Origin: Felis catus
Taxonomy: Eukaryota
Length of the DNA: 64,000 nt
Assembly: GCF_018350175.1 (NCBI RefSeq)
Contig: NC_058368.1
Location: 167,092,001-167,156,000 of the forward strand
Reading direction: 5' to 3'
In this document: positions 38,809 to 52,078 of the stretch, one piece after another
Layout of the letters: every line of letters begins with the position of its first letter
How positions within the stretch are numbered: position 1 is the first letter of the stretch
The notes under the pieces: generated by a model
Seen by the model: the letters and a program-made list of their open reading frames with translations, nothing else
The model's database searches: none
Told to the model about the DNA's origin: nothing
Translations under genes and position numbers: made by a program

Positions 38809-39444
38809 TGCATGTGCACTACCACTCGGTCAACCTGTCAGCTGTCACTCTCGGCTCCTGCTAGTCATTTCACTTTGAATACCAGTGGCCTTCCAGGTTA
38901 AAAGGTGCAAAAATAAGAACAGGGAAAAGTCATAAATAAGTTCTTCTGACAACAGAGATTTTATCACTAACAGTGGTGTGATCACTAAATACACAGAATA
39001 ATGAAAACTTAATTCTTCTTACTCTCTATAGAGAAGGTACTTAAACACATTTTACACCTCTCGGGTGCAATAGTGTAGTACTTTTTTTGAAGGAAAGAAA
39101 AAGAGAAAAGAATTAGCTCACCCTTGTTATTTGAGATTTAAAACAATCCGGTAGTGCTAAAATTCCATGAAAGAGTTTACTGTTACTGTGGTAATAGAGA
39201 CAGAGTACTCTAATGTTTTTCAAAACTGTAATGTTTGTATATAGCCCATGACTATTTATATTCCTATAATGATAAAAGTTCAGTAGTAATTGAAATGAGA
39301 AATTATGTTGCTATTTTTTTGTACTTGGAATTAACATTAATATCTTTATCAATTGTCTATAAGAGGCATTACACAGTGATAATCTCAAGTTTAAAAATGA
39401 AATGGCTCTTTTGGAAAGTAAAATGGAGACACCACACAGAGAGA

Positions 39445-39695
39445 GACTCTAATCTACCAATTTTCGTTTGGGGCAATTTTGTCCCTCCCTCCACGGGATA
39501 TATCTAGAGGCAATTTTAGTCATCATGATGTGGGGGGGGGGCGGGGAGGGGGAGGGTTGCTACTGGCATGTAGAGGGTAGAGGCCAGGGATGCTGCTGTA
39601 TATCCTGCCACACCTAGGCTAGCCCCCCTGCCCTCCACTGCAACAAATAATTATTTGGCCCCAAATGTCAGTAGTCCCAAGAATGAGGAACTCTG
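39445..39695. mobile_element. MER20-like hAT-Charlie DNA transposon
   Basis: gctactggcatgtagagggtagaggccagggatgctgct...aattatttggccccaaatgtcagtagt. Confidence 0.85.
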
Positions 39696-39899
39696 CTCCA
39701 TTGAGAAAGTATCCAAGGCCCAAGGAGATGCCCATGCTTCAGAACAAACAAAGGTAAAATTGGAAAATAAAAGCCCACAAAACTATGTTTGCAGTAAAAT
39801 GGGTTCTAAACTACCAGTTATTACTTAGGAAAGAAAGATATTCTAGAACTTTTGAGTTTGAAGGGACTTGAGAAGTTATTCAATGAATCTTCACTTAAC

Positions 39900-40035
39900 A
39901 GAGAGACAGAATCCCAAGTAGGTTCCATGCTCAGCATGGAGCCAGACATGGGGCTTGATCCCATAACCCTGAGATCATGACCTGAGCCAAAATCAAGAGT
40001 TAGATGCTTAACTGACTGAGCCACCCAGGTGCCCC
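39900..40035 (-). mobile_element. Partial CanSINE (part of a local duplication)
   Basis: acagaatcccaagtagg...gagccacccaggtgcccc, tail missing. Confidence 0.88.
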
Positions 40036-40123
40036 TAGTCTATATATCTTTTATACTTCTAACAAATTTTTTAAATTTGTTACTCTCAAGAAGAGATTTT
40101 GTTTGTAAAAATTAATAACTTCT

Positions 40124-40335
40124 GGGGTACCTGGGTGGCTCAGTCAGTTGAGCGTACGACTTTGGCTCAGGTCATGATCTCACGGTCCGTGAATTCAAGC
40201 CCTGTGTCAGGCTGTGTGCTGACAGCTCAGAGCCTAGAGCCTGTTTCAGATTCTGTGTCTCCTTCTCTCTCTGACCCTCCCCCATTCATGCTCTGTCTCT
40301 CTCTGTCTCAAAAATAAATAAACATTAAAAAATTT
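40124..40335 (+). mobile_element. CanSINE
   Basis: TSD aaaattaataacttc on both sides. Confidence 0.95.
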
Positions 40336-40726
40336 AAAATTAATAACTTCCAAAGATTTTACCCAGAGAGAAATTCATAGCTAGATCCAAGAGGGAAGAT
40401 GGCCTGGTACAGTGAGGAGGCATGCCTCATGTTCCTCACCATTTGCACACTCCTGATGTCAGTAGTGGGATGGGGAAGAACAATAGATGGACTTGATGTT
40501 AAGTGGCCAGCACAGTCCTAGAACCCCCTAAGAGCCATCAGAAACAGTTTAATGAGACTATGATGGTTCAGTCTGGACAGCAAAAAAAAAGAAAGGGAAA
40601 TTTTAATAGTGTGACTAGAGAAAGTAGGGGTGAACACAGTTATTCACCAAATGTTATTGTATAAGAGTTAAGATAAATGCTTAGAGCTTGGAAGTGATAA
40701 ATTAAGAGGAAAATAATCTACGTGTC

Positions 40727-40938
40727 TTTTTGTTTAATGTTTATTTATTTTTGAGAGAGGGAGAGTGCAAGTGGGGGAGGGGCAGTGAGAGACAGAGAGA
40801 CAGACAGACAGAATCCCAAGCAAGATCCATGCTTAGTGCAGAGCCCAACACGGGACTTGATCTCACTACCATGAGATCATGACCTGAGCCAAAATCAAGA
40901 GTCAGATTCTTAACTGACTAAGTCACCCAGGCACCCCT
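40727..40938 (-). mobile_element. CanSINE
   Basis: aatgtttatttatttttgaga...gtcacccaggcacccc. Confidence 0.93.
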
Positions 40939-41079
40939 TGTCTACATATCTTTTATACATTTAGCAAATTTTTTAAATTTGTTACTCTCAAGAGGAAGTT
41001 TAGATTTTAAAAATTAATGGCTTCCAAAAATTTTATACAAATTTGTGGAAGAGAAATTCATAGCTACATCCAAGAGGAA

Positions 41080-41870
41080 ACCAAGCTATTTGTGAGTTGG
41101 ATTGAACAGAGTTGTGCTGGCTTTGTCTGTTAGAGACAAAAAGAGTCTATGAAGAATGCCAGGTAGTTCACAGAAATGTAAAAAGGGTGAAGAACCAGGC
41201 TAAAGACTATTTTCTGGAAATAACCCAAAACCCTTGTTAAAAATTGCCTGATTAAGGGTATTAGCCAAACACCAAATAGTTCTCCTGCCACTTTTACACC
41301 AGGAACACTGCATTGATGACCACATCAGTCATGATGCATAAGGTTATGCTGTCACTTAAAATAGCAAAGGCTGTTTCTGAGTCACACTACTTGCCCATCA
41401 CAACTCTGTGTTGTCCCCGCTCTGCAACCTTAGCTAATAGAAGCCAATATCTAGAGTTTTAGTCTGCACTGTGGCAAGGGGAAAGACCTCCAGAGGGTCT
41501 CATGCCAGCCATTAAATACCAAAAATGACAGTATCGTTTCTGCTCACAGCTCATTGGTCAGGACTCCACCTGTCTCCACCTAATGACAAGGAAGCTAGTG
41601 CATGTGATCCTATTGTGTCCCAAAGGCAGAGCTCTAATGACCACAGCAGCTACTTCTGTCACCACCCTGATGCTACTTTGCCCCTGGAATTCCATTCAGC
41701 CTACACCACTACTGTTATTACCAATGAGAGAGAACAAGCTCTTGGTCCCTTTTTTCTTGTGTCACTGGCTCCAGAGTTCCGAATTTGTCATAGGGGAGTC
41801 TGCTTGACAGAACTCAGGTCAGAGGTCTGTGCTGTAACATTTTCAGTTCCTGTAAGCTCTAAAACTTGAC
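41080..41870. mobile_element. Old MaLR (MLT1-like) LTR fragments
   Basis: gctcacagctcattggtcaggact...cctaatgacaaggaagctag motifs. Confidence 0.45.
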
Positions 41871-41998
41871 CCTTCAGAACTCCTAAAGTGGAGAAATTCC
41901 TAAGCATAAAAATTCTATAACAATTATATGTTGGATATCTGCAAAATGTAATAAATTCCCACCCAGGATTGTGACTTTTGAGACATTTGTGTTCATAC

Positions 41999-42496
41999 CA
42001 CATATGTCCCTTCAAGCTACTGCTTAAGCATTATCCTGATAGGTCAGATCAGTAAGCCCTAGCCCACTTTCCTGGATTCCCGATCAAAGCAACCAGCACA
42101 CAGCAATAGATATGGAGAAAATGAATTGCGTTAGGAGAAAGCATTGGCTCTAAGAACACCAGAAAGAATACAGGAAAAGAGCTAAAGTGACTGTGTCAAC
42201 TTGGTATTGGGCCTTCTAAGAACAGAGCACATGAGAGAGGGCTCAGAACAAAGATGAGAAAATTGTAAAAGACCAGTTTATATTTGTGGAAATGATCTCT
42301 GCAATAGCCGGAGGCGATCTGCAATCAGCACCTCCGTGCTGGTCAGGAATATTGAAAGCTGCCCAGAAGCCGCACTAAATTGTACTCTTGACTCGCCCAG
42401 AAGCAGCCATTTCCATCATCAATCTGGATGATTTTATCCTCCTGATGCCAGGTTGCTTTTATTCCTTTTCTTTTTCTGGCTTTCTCCATTGTTTTC
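41999..42496 (-). pseudogene. Exon remnant, about 500 nt; a small upstream exon probably ends at 42587
   Basis: Long pyrimidine tract with mutated acceptor (cat|); KTMEKARKKKRNKSNLASGG*NHPD**WKWLLLGESRVQFSAASGQLSIFLTSTEVLIADRLRLLQRSFPQI; donor |gtatga; upstream donor CAG|gtaaat at 42586. Confidence 0.6.
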
Positions 42497-43119
42497 ATGA
42501 AAAAAAGAATTCAAAAATGAAGAAATGAAAAGCTGAAATTTTAACTCAAGAAGCAAATTACATATGGTCAAATGCTTCACATTTACCTGTGAATGGATTT
42601 TGTCTTTGAAGTTTTTGGCTGAAAGGTGTTATTCTAATTTCAGAACTTCCCAACAGTAATAAGAAAGTTATATTTTATTATATGAAACTTTCATAAGTAC
42701 ACATATTACAAGTACCTGATATATGACTATAGTTATCCCTCTTATTCAAATATAGAATTAATAGTCTTTTTAAACCCTGGGTGTTTTTCCATTGATATCA
42801 CTTTTGTTTAATATACTCCAATATGTGCATTAGAAAAATCTTACCCAGAATTGTTTCAATTCACCTGGCTGAAGGAAGTTTTAAGAGTAACCATGTATTT
42901 TAAAATAAAGTATTTGCACTTATAAAAGAACTAATTTAAATGAGGGGGGAAATAATTACTTGTTTCCTACCATAAAAGCATATTTTCAATCTAGATGTGT
43001 GTGTGTGTGTGTGTGTATACATAAAACATCCATATAAGATAAAGAATAGAGAGATATATACATGTATGTACAAACATTTGTATTTTTACGCTATATGGAT
43101 TTATTTGATTTATTGTCAT

Positions 43120-43537
43120 ATGTGCAGTTCATGCTGCACCACCTAGATCCCCCTTAGGGAGGGGGGTTGGCAGGTGGCAGAAGTCAGCTGAGGTACTCCC
43201 AGAGAGCTACCCTCAGCCAGAGAAAGCTGGCTCACCAAAATCATACCCCTTCCTCTACTGTCACACCCACCCACCAGTGATTGTTCGTTGCAGGGCTGTA
43301 AAGGCCTGACACCTTACTTCAGTTCAGGATATTTCTGAAGGGCCACCCCAGCTCCAGAGCTCCCTGCAGGGTCTGTTGCAATTTTTATTGTGACCACATC
43401 ACATTTGCATCACTCTTTAGCCCTTTTCTCAGCCAAATTCTGTTTCCTCTTCTTCCCTTGGGGTGTTGATCTCATGAGTGCCTCCTTTTCCTATATAACT
43501 TAAAACTCCCTTCTCTGGGAAACCTGACCTAAGATGA
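43120..43537 (+). mobile_element. Old ERVL LTR (LTR16-like)
   Basis: tgaagggccaccccagctccagagctccctg...ctgggaaacctgacctaaga. Confidence 0.6.
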
Positions 43538-44050
43538 CATTAAGTATTTTCACCTATCATTACAAATTTTTCACCAGGCAAGTTAAATAACTCTTCTGTA
43601 TTTTAGTTTTGTTATCTATAAAAAATGAAGAAAAATAAAAGTGCCCATCTCACAGAATTATTCTTATAATGAAAAGTAATACATTTAAAGATTTTAGAAC
43701 AGTGCCTGGCATGTAATAATAGTATTCAATAAAATATGAGCTATTATTATCATTTTGATAGCTGCTTAAATATCTTTCAAATGAATGAGCCATATTGTGC
43801 ATAGTCAGTAAATTTAGAGTTTAGTTAAATCCTTTATTTTAATATTTATTCAGCTTTAAACTTGTTTATGCATAATAATTTTTCATTTGTAATCATTTTC
43901 TAGAATGCATTTACAGAAGAAAAATTAGTGAGTCTAAGAATATACATATTTAATAATAAAGTATGTTTTATAATTATAAAATCAATAAATATCCATTGTA
44001 TGATCTTTTTAATATGAAAAAGTAGAAAGTAGTTAAAAAACTAAAGTTCT

Positions 44051-44165
44051 GGGGCACCTGGCTGGCTTAGTCCATAGAGCATGTGACTCTTGATCTCAGG
44101 ATCATGAGTTTGGGCCCCATGTCAGGGTAAAAGTTTACTTAAATAAAAACAAACAAACAAAAACC
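44051..44165 (+). mobile_element. Short CanSINE (tRNA head plus tail)
   Basis: ggggcacctggctggcttag; TSD aaaactaaagttct at 44037-44050 and 44168-44181. Confidence 0.88.
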
Positions 44166-45392
44166 CTAAAACTAAAGTTCTGTAATTGTCCTGATAATGA
44201 AAATTATAAAGGATTTCGTTGCTCAATATTTCCATATATTGATAGGACATGATCGATCATTAAGGTATTCTGATATGATAAACACAAGCTGGGAAATACT
44301 GAGTATTAAATATTCAAGTGTTTGTATTTTTTTAAAAAGGTTATATTATGCACCCTTAAGCTCATATACGCATATTACAGATCAGGAACTAATCACACGA
44401 AAGGAATAACCATGATTGTCTCCAATGAGAGAATGTGGAAGCCTGGAAGAAAAATTTAGTTTCCTCTTTATATTCAGTTAGTCTTCCAGTGTTACAATGT
44501 GGTCATATTAACTTTTTTAAATATAAGCAACAATTTAAAAATTTTTATAAATTTAGGTTCAGGGAAATATAAATAAAAGAGAAAATAAATTTCCTCAATG
44601 TAACAATGCCACCAGAAACACACAGGAATTCCTGTGTCCCTGAATTCTTGCTAGCATTTAGTAATTCACAAATTTTCAACCTTTGTTAATTTTATAGGCA
44701 AAGCAATATCTCATTATCACTTTAATTTACTTTTTTTAGATAGTGGAGTCGAACTATTTTAGAAATACCTGTTAAGCAATGTAATGATTTGGGAGCAGGA
44801 CTTATGGCTATGGTGACAAAGTAGTCAATGAATATTCCCCCAAAAAACAATTATAAAACTGGATAATGTCATCAGGTGACTAAAGAACAAATTGAGAGAT
44901 GCTTATTCATGAAGAATTGCTGGAACTCTAAGGATATGGGAGTCTAAGACCTGCCTACCTGGAGTTGTTCCTATCCCCTGACTAGATGAGCTCAAAAGTA
45001 GATTTGCTATGACAGAAGAAAAAAAAAAATCAATGAACTTAAATCAATAGAAATGATCTACTCTGAAGAACAGGAGGAAAAAAAGATTGAAGAAAAATAA
45101 AGTGAATCATGAGACAATATGAAGCACGCTAACATATGTACAGTGGACATCCAGAAGAGGACATAGAAAGAGAGGAAAATAGAGAAATAATGACCTACAT
45201 ATCCCAAATTTCATAAAAACCATTAATGAAAGGCATCAGGAAGCTCAAAAAACTCCAAGTAAAATAAATATAGACAGCCATATCCAGGTGCAATTTTATT
45301 GCTAAAAGCCAAAATTTTCATCAATTTTTGCAATAATTACATTAAATTTGAATGAAATAAAGATTCCAATCAAATGGCAGATTATTAAACTA

Positions 45393-45600
45393 GGGGCGCC
45401 TGAGTGGCTCAGTCAGTTGAGCATCCGACTTCAGCTCAGGTCATCTCATAGCTTGTGAGTTCAAGCCCTGCATCAGGCTCTGTGCTGACAGCTCAGAGCC
45501 TAGAGCCTGCTTCGGATTCTGTGTCTCTCCCTCTCTCTGCCCCTCACTAGCTCATGCTCTGTCTCCTCTCTCTCAAAAATAAATAAACATTTTTTTAAAA
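45393..45600 (+). mobile_element. CanSINE nested in L1
   Basis: TSD ggcag(a/g)ttattaaact. Confidence 0.95.
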
Positions 45601-46089
45601 GGCAGGTTATTAAACTGAATAAAAAAATCAAGACTCAACTTTATGTTCTCGTAAGAGACGTCCCCTACTTTCAAAGGCACAAATAGGGTAAAAGTAAAAT
45701 AATGGTAAACACTTATGGTGATAAGCACTGAGTGATGTACAGAATTGTTGAATCATTATTTTTAAAAAGTAAAAGGATGAAAAAAGATTATGCAAACACA
45801 TCCATAAGAAACTCTTATAGCTGTAGTAATACCATATAAAATGAATGCTAAGGCAAAAGAAGCTATAAGAAATAGAGATATTTCATAATGATATAGGGAT
45901 ATTAGGAAGAAAAAATGGTTATAAATGCATATGTACCTAATAATAGAGCCCCAAAATTACATGAAGCAAAAGCTAGAATAATTGAAAGGAGAAATAGATA
46001 ATTCAACAGTTATATTTGGAGATATCAATACCACATTCTCAATAATTGATAAAACTACTAAATGTAAAATCCATAAATATATGGGAGAA

Positions 46090-46223
46090 TATTTTTAAGT
46101 GGGCTTCATGCCCAGCACAGATACCAGTGTGAAACTTGAACTCATGATCCTGAAATCAAGACCTGAGCTGAGATCATGAGTTGGATGTTAGACACTCAAC
46201 CAACTGAGCCACCCAAGCACCCT
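46090..46223 (-). mobile_element. Partial CanSINE
   Basis: gacctgagctgagatc...gagccacccaagcaccc. Confidence 0.8.
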
Positions 46224-47115
46224 AATATATGTAAGATTTTAACCACTACAACAAACTTGCGCAGCCTAACCAATATTATGGAATATTAAATCCAACACTA
46301 GGATGTAAATTCTTTCAAGTACAAATGAAACAATTTTCAGGTTAGACCACATGCTAGCCCATAAAACAATTTTCAATAAATTAATCTAACTGAATTATCT
46401 GTTCCTATCTAATGTGATTATACTATTTGTTGATTTGAATAAATTCCTTATGTAATAATTGTATTATATTTTTGTCTTTTCATATTTGCTACATGTATTT
46501 TTCCAATTTGGCTTTGTTATTTACTTAATAGCATTTAAGAATTTTTTGTTGTTTTTATGCTTCCCAGAACTACTGACATTTTTGTCCACTAGTTTTATCA
46601 CCAGCTTAGAAATTATCTTCCACTTCAGAGAGTTTTTAAAATTAACCTTTTTTTTTCAAGTTTTTTTCTTACAAGTTTTTATTATTTAAATCTTTAGTTC
46701 ATCAGGAATATGTGAATGTTTGAATTGAATATAACATTTGCCTTCAGTTAACTGATTTTTACAAAAACATTTTTAAAAATTTTCCAAGTTTTTCCAATTC
46801 ATTTATTCCAATAATCCTTTATCCACTGGTTTGTGAGATTTTCTTTACTGGATATTATATTCTTTAAAAATTCCTAATGTTATAAATATTATAAAGTGTC
46901 GTTAATTCTCAATTAATTTATAAGCTTAATGCCCTTCCCCTAATGGTATCCTTGTGAAACTTTTAAGAAAATATAACAAGATGACTATACATTCTCACTG
47001 AAGGAATAAATTAGAAGATTCTCAAACAAAATTTTGAAAATAGTATTCAGTGGAGATATACTCTCACATAATTAAACAATTTATTTCTGATGCGTAAAAG
47101 AACAAGATCTTATAT

Positions 47116-47340
47116 GGGGCGCCTGGGTGGCGCAGTCGGTTAAGCGTCCGACTTCAGCCAGGTCACGATCTCGCGGTCCGTGAGTTCGAGCCCCGCGTCG
47201 GCCTCTGTGCTGACAGCTCAGAGCCTGGAGCCTGTTTCCGATTCTGTGTCTCCCTCTCTCTCTGCCCCTCCCCCGTTCATGCTGTGTCTCTCTCTGTCCC
47301 AAAAATAAATAAACGTTGAAAAAAAAATTAAAAAAAAAAA
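47116..47340 (+). mobile_element. Very young felid CanSINE
   Basis: CpGs intact; TSD aaaagaacaagatcttata on both sides. Confidence 0.97.
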
Positions 47341-47501
47341 AAAAGAACAAGATCTTATAATCCAGCTTAATATATATCTCTCTATATAAATACTAAATGA
47401 TTGTTGAATTGGGGATGGGCACATGAGGGCTATTATATTATTCTCCCTCTCTTGTACTTTTAACAACTTTCATAATAAAAAGTTAAAAAAGAAAAAAAAT
47501 A

Positions 47502-47860
47502 CCACAACACAGCATCTGTAAGGCCTTCCATTTGATAAACTAACTTATGGCAACTACAGCCATATCAAACTCATAAAAAAGGAGGGGGGGTGTAAAGAAT
47601 AAAACATTATGCAGATGAATTTTAAGTAGAAAAGAGTAGATTTTTGTTTCTGGAGGGTAGCAACAGTAATCAGCAAGAATAGCAGCCTGTTAAATAGTAA
47701 AAATGATCTATCATTAGGCGATCTTGGAGATCAAAGAGAGAATTCTAGAATGTCTTCAAAGAATGGCTACATTAGCTATTCTCAGACACAGGATAAACAT
47801 TTTCAAATTCAAGAATGTAGAAGGCACAAATTGTTTACAGATTTGATTCCTGATTATATA
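47502..47860 (-). pseudogene. Exon remnant, 3' end uncertain
   Basis: tttttcttgcaaaag|TA (phase 1 match); (V)YNQESNL*TICAFYILEFENVYPVSENS*CSHSLKTF*NSLFDLQDRLMIDHFYYLTGCYSC. Confidence 0.58.
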
Positions 47861-48021
47861 CTTTTGCAAGAAAAAGATAAAATGGAAGTAATACTTACAG
47901 ATTTGTTTTTAAAAACCTAAATTATTTGTGAGCAAGAGAACTAGAGGAAATACTGTACATTGAATGCAAATCATTCACTGGACATGATATTTAGTTCAAT
48001 TATTCTATAGATTTCACTTAC

Positions 48022-48245
48022 CAGGTTTCGAATCTAAGACTAATTTAGGTTTAAATAAGTTTAGGTTCAGGATAAAAAATTTTCCTAAATTAGTTATTTA
48101 ACAATTACATTCTTCCAACAATGACACATCAAACATTGTGGAGCATTAAAAAAAAAAGAACCATTTGTGGAAAATGTTTTGAACCACCTAGTTGATGTCT
48201 TAGACTTTCAGATGCACAGTCCTTAATTAAAACATAAAATGAAAG
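48022..48245 (-). pseudogene. Exon remnant, about 224 nt
   Basis: caatttcag|CTT TCA; LSFYVLIKDCASEKSKTSTRWFKTFSTNGS...STMFDVSLLEECNC*ITNLGKFFILNLNLFKPKLVLDSKP G|gtaagt. Confidence 0.68.
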
Positions 48246-48431
48246 CTGAAATTGTTTAAATGCATAAAGACTAGTGTTATAAGTAAGAAACTTCCCAGGA
48301 GAGAATGGGGTGAGGATCCTGGCTGGCCTGCCAGTTCCTTTACAAACTTTATCACAGCACTTGCATTAATTATCATAACTGCAGTCAGGATCCACGTAAT
48401 GAACCCACTTATTAATACTCTGAAACTTTAC

Positions 48432-48734
48432 CTAAGTTTTGTCTGTAAAAGTTAGGCCAGTTGATGTGCACTTTCTCTGTTTCTCTTTCTCTCCCAGCCC
48501 TTCTCTAATATAGCTTTGGGATTATTGTTTCAATAAAGTGTTTTGTTAAAGCAGCAATGACCAAATCTGCTTAGGACTATGTCACCTTCACTAACAACAA
48601 AGATGACTCACAGCCACTCTTCCTGCCATGGTCCTGCCCAAAGCCTGTTTTAGAGATCTACTCTTCAGTTTGCGCTCTGAGTATACAAGGGCATTACTTC
48701 AAATTATCTCATAATTGAACAACATTATCTTTGC
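48432..48734 (-). pseudogene. Exon remnant, 303 nt, phase 0 to 0
   Basis: aatttgacag|GCA AAG; AKIMLFNYEII*SNALVYSERKLKSRSLKQALGRTMAGRVAVSHLCC...TGLTFTDKT*|gtaaag. Confidence 0.65.
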
Positions 48735-48929
48735 CTGTCAAATTTTAAAATGCACTTAAAATAAATAATAAAAAACTGTTGGTGGGGAAAAATGCCTTAT
48801 TTAAAGTGAGGTTAACGTCAAAATGTTATAACAGTACATACCCAGTTTAAATCTTTCTAAAATATTTCATTCCAAATTACTGGGAGTACTGGAAAGATAA
48901 ATGTCTTTTTGAATTTAGTTATTACTTAC

Positions 48930-49020
48930 CTCAATGGGAGGTAGGTTTTCCCCTCTTCTTCAGTGCACACTGAAATCTACTCAAACAGCAGAATTTATTT
49001 GAAATTTGTCTGAAGTTAAG
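48930..49020 (-). pseudogene. Exon remnant, 91 nt, phase 2 to 0
   Basis: cttaaacacag|C TTA; LTSDKFQINSAV*VDFSVH*RRGENLPPIE|gtaagt. Confidence 0.7.
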
Positions 49021-49146
49021 CTGTGTTTAAGGGATACTATAAAGTGAATAGTTATTAATATACCACATAACCAGCAAAATATTATTAAATAGGAGAAAAT
49101 TGTTCAGTGCTTAAAATTATTGGCTCAGACATGCTGATTTTCTTAC

Positions 49147-49383
49147 CGCATTCACTTATTTTGAAGTTCTGGCTTGGGTGGTTCTGCCTAAGAACCCAGT
49201 TGGGCACAAAGAATCTAAGCATGTTTATAAATCTATAGAAACCCTCCTAACCCTTTTTTTTTTTTCTGATTGGTTTAGCTGTGAAATGGATATATTGCCC
49301 TTACTACATTCAAACCACAGATATTTAAGTGGTAGTATAATATCCTAGTATACTAATAATAGAAAGATTTCTCCGAGGCTAGC
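49147..49383 (-). pseudogene. Exon remnant, about 237 nt
   Basis: tttatcttttag|GCT AGC; ASLGEIFLLLVY*DIILPLKYLWFECSKGNISISQLNQSEKK; long A-run inside; donor CG|gtaaga. Confidence 0.68.
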
Positions 49384-50393
49384 CTAAAAGATAAATGATT
49401 ACTGAAACCCCTGACCCAGGAGTCTCATATCTTTTGCAAGCGTCTCTGAAACTCTGACACACTAACGTGTTAGCTTTCAAGTAGGATAAAATCCCAGACC
49501 TCTCACAATCCCTGCCATTTGCACAATCAGAATTAAAGAAGTAGAACAATTAACTCTTATAATCCTACCCAAAATTGCCATTTTAATTGTATCACAGTTG
49601 TGTTAGAGTTTGAGGGGTTGTTTTCTAAATTTTTATTTATCTTCTAGATCTCATTATAAAAAATTCTCATACTGTAGTTTTTATCTTAATTTTGTCCTAG
49701 TTTTATAGTTTGCTAGAACTAAGATTGCCACAAAGATAAGCATCATAGAGGTGTTGCATGTAACTCCTGACATGGATTAAAGAGCTTGAGTTCAGATAGT
49801 AGCCCTGTGATTTACAAGGTGTGTAACTTTAGGGAAATTATTTTTTAAAGTCTCAACTCCCTAATGTAGTCATCGCCTAGTAATCATCAATGTAATCATG
49901 TTTAATGTAAGTTTGAAGACTCGTTAGCATCATGAAGGTAAAGTTCTAAGCACAGTGCCTAGACCATGGTAACCATAAATAACTTAATAAATAAGAGAAT
50001 ATTTCAATAATTTAGGCGAGAAATTATGTAATTTAGATAATGGTGGTAGCAGTGGAGACAGCAGATTCCAGACATATAGAAGATAGAGTCAGGAGGTTTT
50101 GCACCTGCATTGGACTTAAGAGTATATAGAGAGAAAAAGAGCTGAGGGTGATGTCAGGGTTTGAGAATAGGAACAAGTGGAGAAGACCACCGGTGATGTG
50201 GCCTTGGAACAGAGGGATATTATGGGGAGTTCGACTTAGGACATGTAAGCTTTTGAGTATGTAAATGTAAATATACATGTGGAGAAGGTTATTGAATATG
50301 TGAATTTGAAGCTGAGAACCAATATTTTAATGTTTAATTTTTATCAGTTCCTATGAGATCTTTCAACATCATCTCAGTGAAATTGAGACATAC

Positions 50394-50746
50394 CCATAAA
50401 ACTGGTTCTCAGTTTTAAAGGTTCAGAGGACTTCATGGTAAAATCAGCCCCTATTTTGCAGTTGGTTGGGACATTTTCTATGAAGACTGTACAAATAGCT
50501 AACATTTTTTTTCTTAATCTTTTGTTAGGACCAGTTTAAGGCAAAAAATTATTTAACGTGTCACTCAATTTTGGGAGTCCTTCAGGTCCAGTAATATATC
50601 ATTTAACAGTTTCTGTTTCAGTTGATTAATAATCATAAATTCTGAAAAATTACTTTGTAGAAATCTCCATTTCAACATGTTTTATTTTGCCCCTTTGCTT
50701 GGTTGTTTGCATTTTTATCAAATTTTAACATCTAAGTTTTCTGAAT
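50394..50746 (-). pseudogene. Possible exon remnant
   Basis: Donor GG|gtatgt; segments EFMIINQLKQKLLNDILLDLKDSQN and KMLAICTVFIENVPTNCKIGADFTMKSSEPLKLRTSFM. Confidence 0.5.
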
Positions 50747-51227
50747 CTCAAGAACAAATGAATTGTATTCATGAAAAATCTCTAGAAAAGCCAGCATTTG
50801 CATGTGAACTAGGGAAAATAATTGTAGTTATGTAATTATTTAAAACACAACTGGAAAGAAATCAGATGTTGAATTATATGTGCATGGATAGTTTGAACAA
50901 GTGGCTAAAATTTTAAGACTTTTTCTCATAAAACAAGAGCTCATTGACTATCATATATGCAATATAATAATAAATTTGAAGAGTTATTCTGAAATTGAAT
51001 GTTTCACCAAATCCTTTAAAAATGGAGACAAATAGATACATCAAATCCTTCCCAATCCTTCTCCTTACATAAAAATCAAGTGTATGTGAATCACAAGTAG
51101 TTTTCCCTGAAGAGAATTTGAAAGGGAAGAAACTCAGGGTGAAAGAGAAAAATAGAAAGTAAAAATGAATGGAAGATAAATAAATGAAAAAACTTTTTCC
51201 ATCCCTGGCAACAATGAGTAACTTTGC

Positions 51228-52078
51228 CTGGTAGGCCCACAGGGGACTTGAACAGAGGGAGCCAACCAGACTAATTTATAAAGTAATAAAGCCGTCAACC
51301 ATCTGCAGGGAGTATCAAACAAAAAGAAACACTCCTTAGTGTATATAGTCACTGGAACAAAGGAGTGCACAATTATAAATCACCAGGTTGAGGAAGAGAA
51401 GGAAGGACATCCAGTGTTTTTGGCAAACAAGAGGTTTATATATATATTAACAGTACAGGACACTTTATTACTAAGTCAAATACAGTAATACAGGACATCT
51501 TTATTGCTTTACTTTGGTCAAAGTAAAAATTATTAATATGAGCCTTCTTGGCTTCACTCAGAATACATGACCCTTAAAGTGTTACTGTCACCCAAGACAC
51601 AGAGAACTTCCACTAGATTTCTAACTGCAGGATTTTTGGAAAGATAACTCTCACGACTGGGAAGGAATTGGTTCAGATTATTTCACATGACCCAGAAGTA
51701 GATACTTATTTAAAGTGAGATATCAATTAAGAAAATTTAACCTAAAGGCAAACAAATTTGAGGCATAATAGTAACCAAGAAGAAAAGAGAATTGATAGTC
51801 TCCAATATATATCAAAAAAAAAGGAACAAGAAGAAAATGTGTAGAAACATTTTGAAGGAATTCAGTGAGTTAAATAATAATAAAACCTAAAAACAAATCA
51901 GAAACAATAGGAGTGGCAACTAAAAACAGGACTCTTCAGTCTGTTGGGTGAAGGAAAGAGGATGGAAACCAGCTGCTTCAGTCTTTACTTAAGATCAAAT
52001 GAGGAAACATGGGCTTTGTTATGTTCAAAAATAGCCACTGTAATCTGATCCATGCCAAATTCTTTGCCATGTAAAATT
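51228..52078 (-). pseudogene. Exon remnant(s), one or two exons
   Basis: ttaaacatag|A ATT (phase 2 match); ILHGKEFGMDQITVAIFEHNKAHVSSFDLK*RLKQLVSILFPSPNRLK; NNLNQFLPSRESYLSKNPAVRNLVEVLCVLGDSNTLRVMYSE; 3' limit uncertain. Confidence 0.6.

Larger units (their letters stand above)
44790..46400 (+). mobile_element. Old L1M ORF1/ORF2 fragments with nested SINEs
   Basis: aaaggagaaatagataattcaacag...ggagatatcaataccacattctcaataattgat (endonuclease region). Confidence 0.75.
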
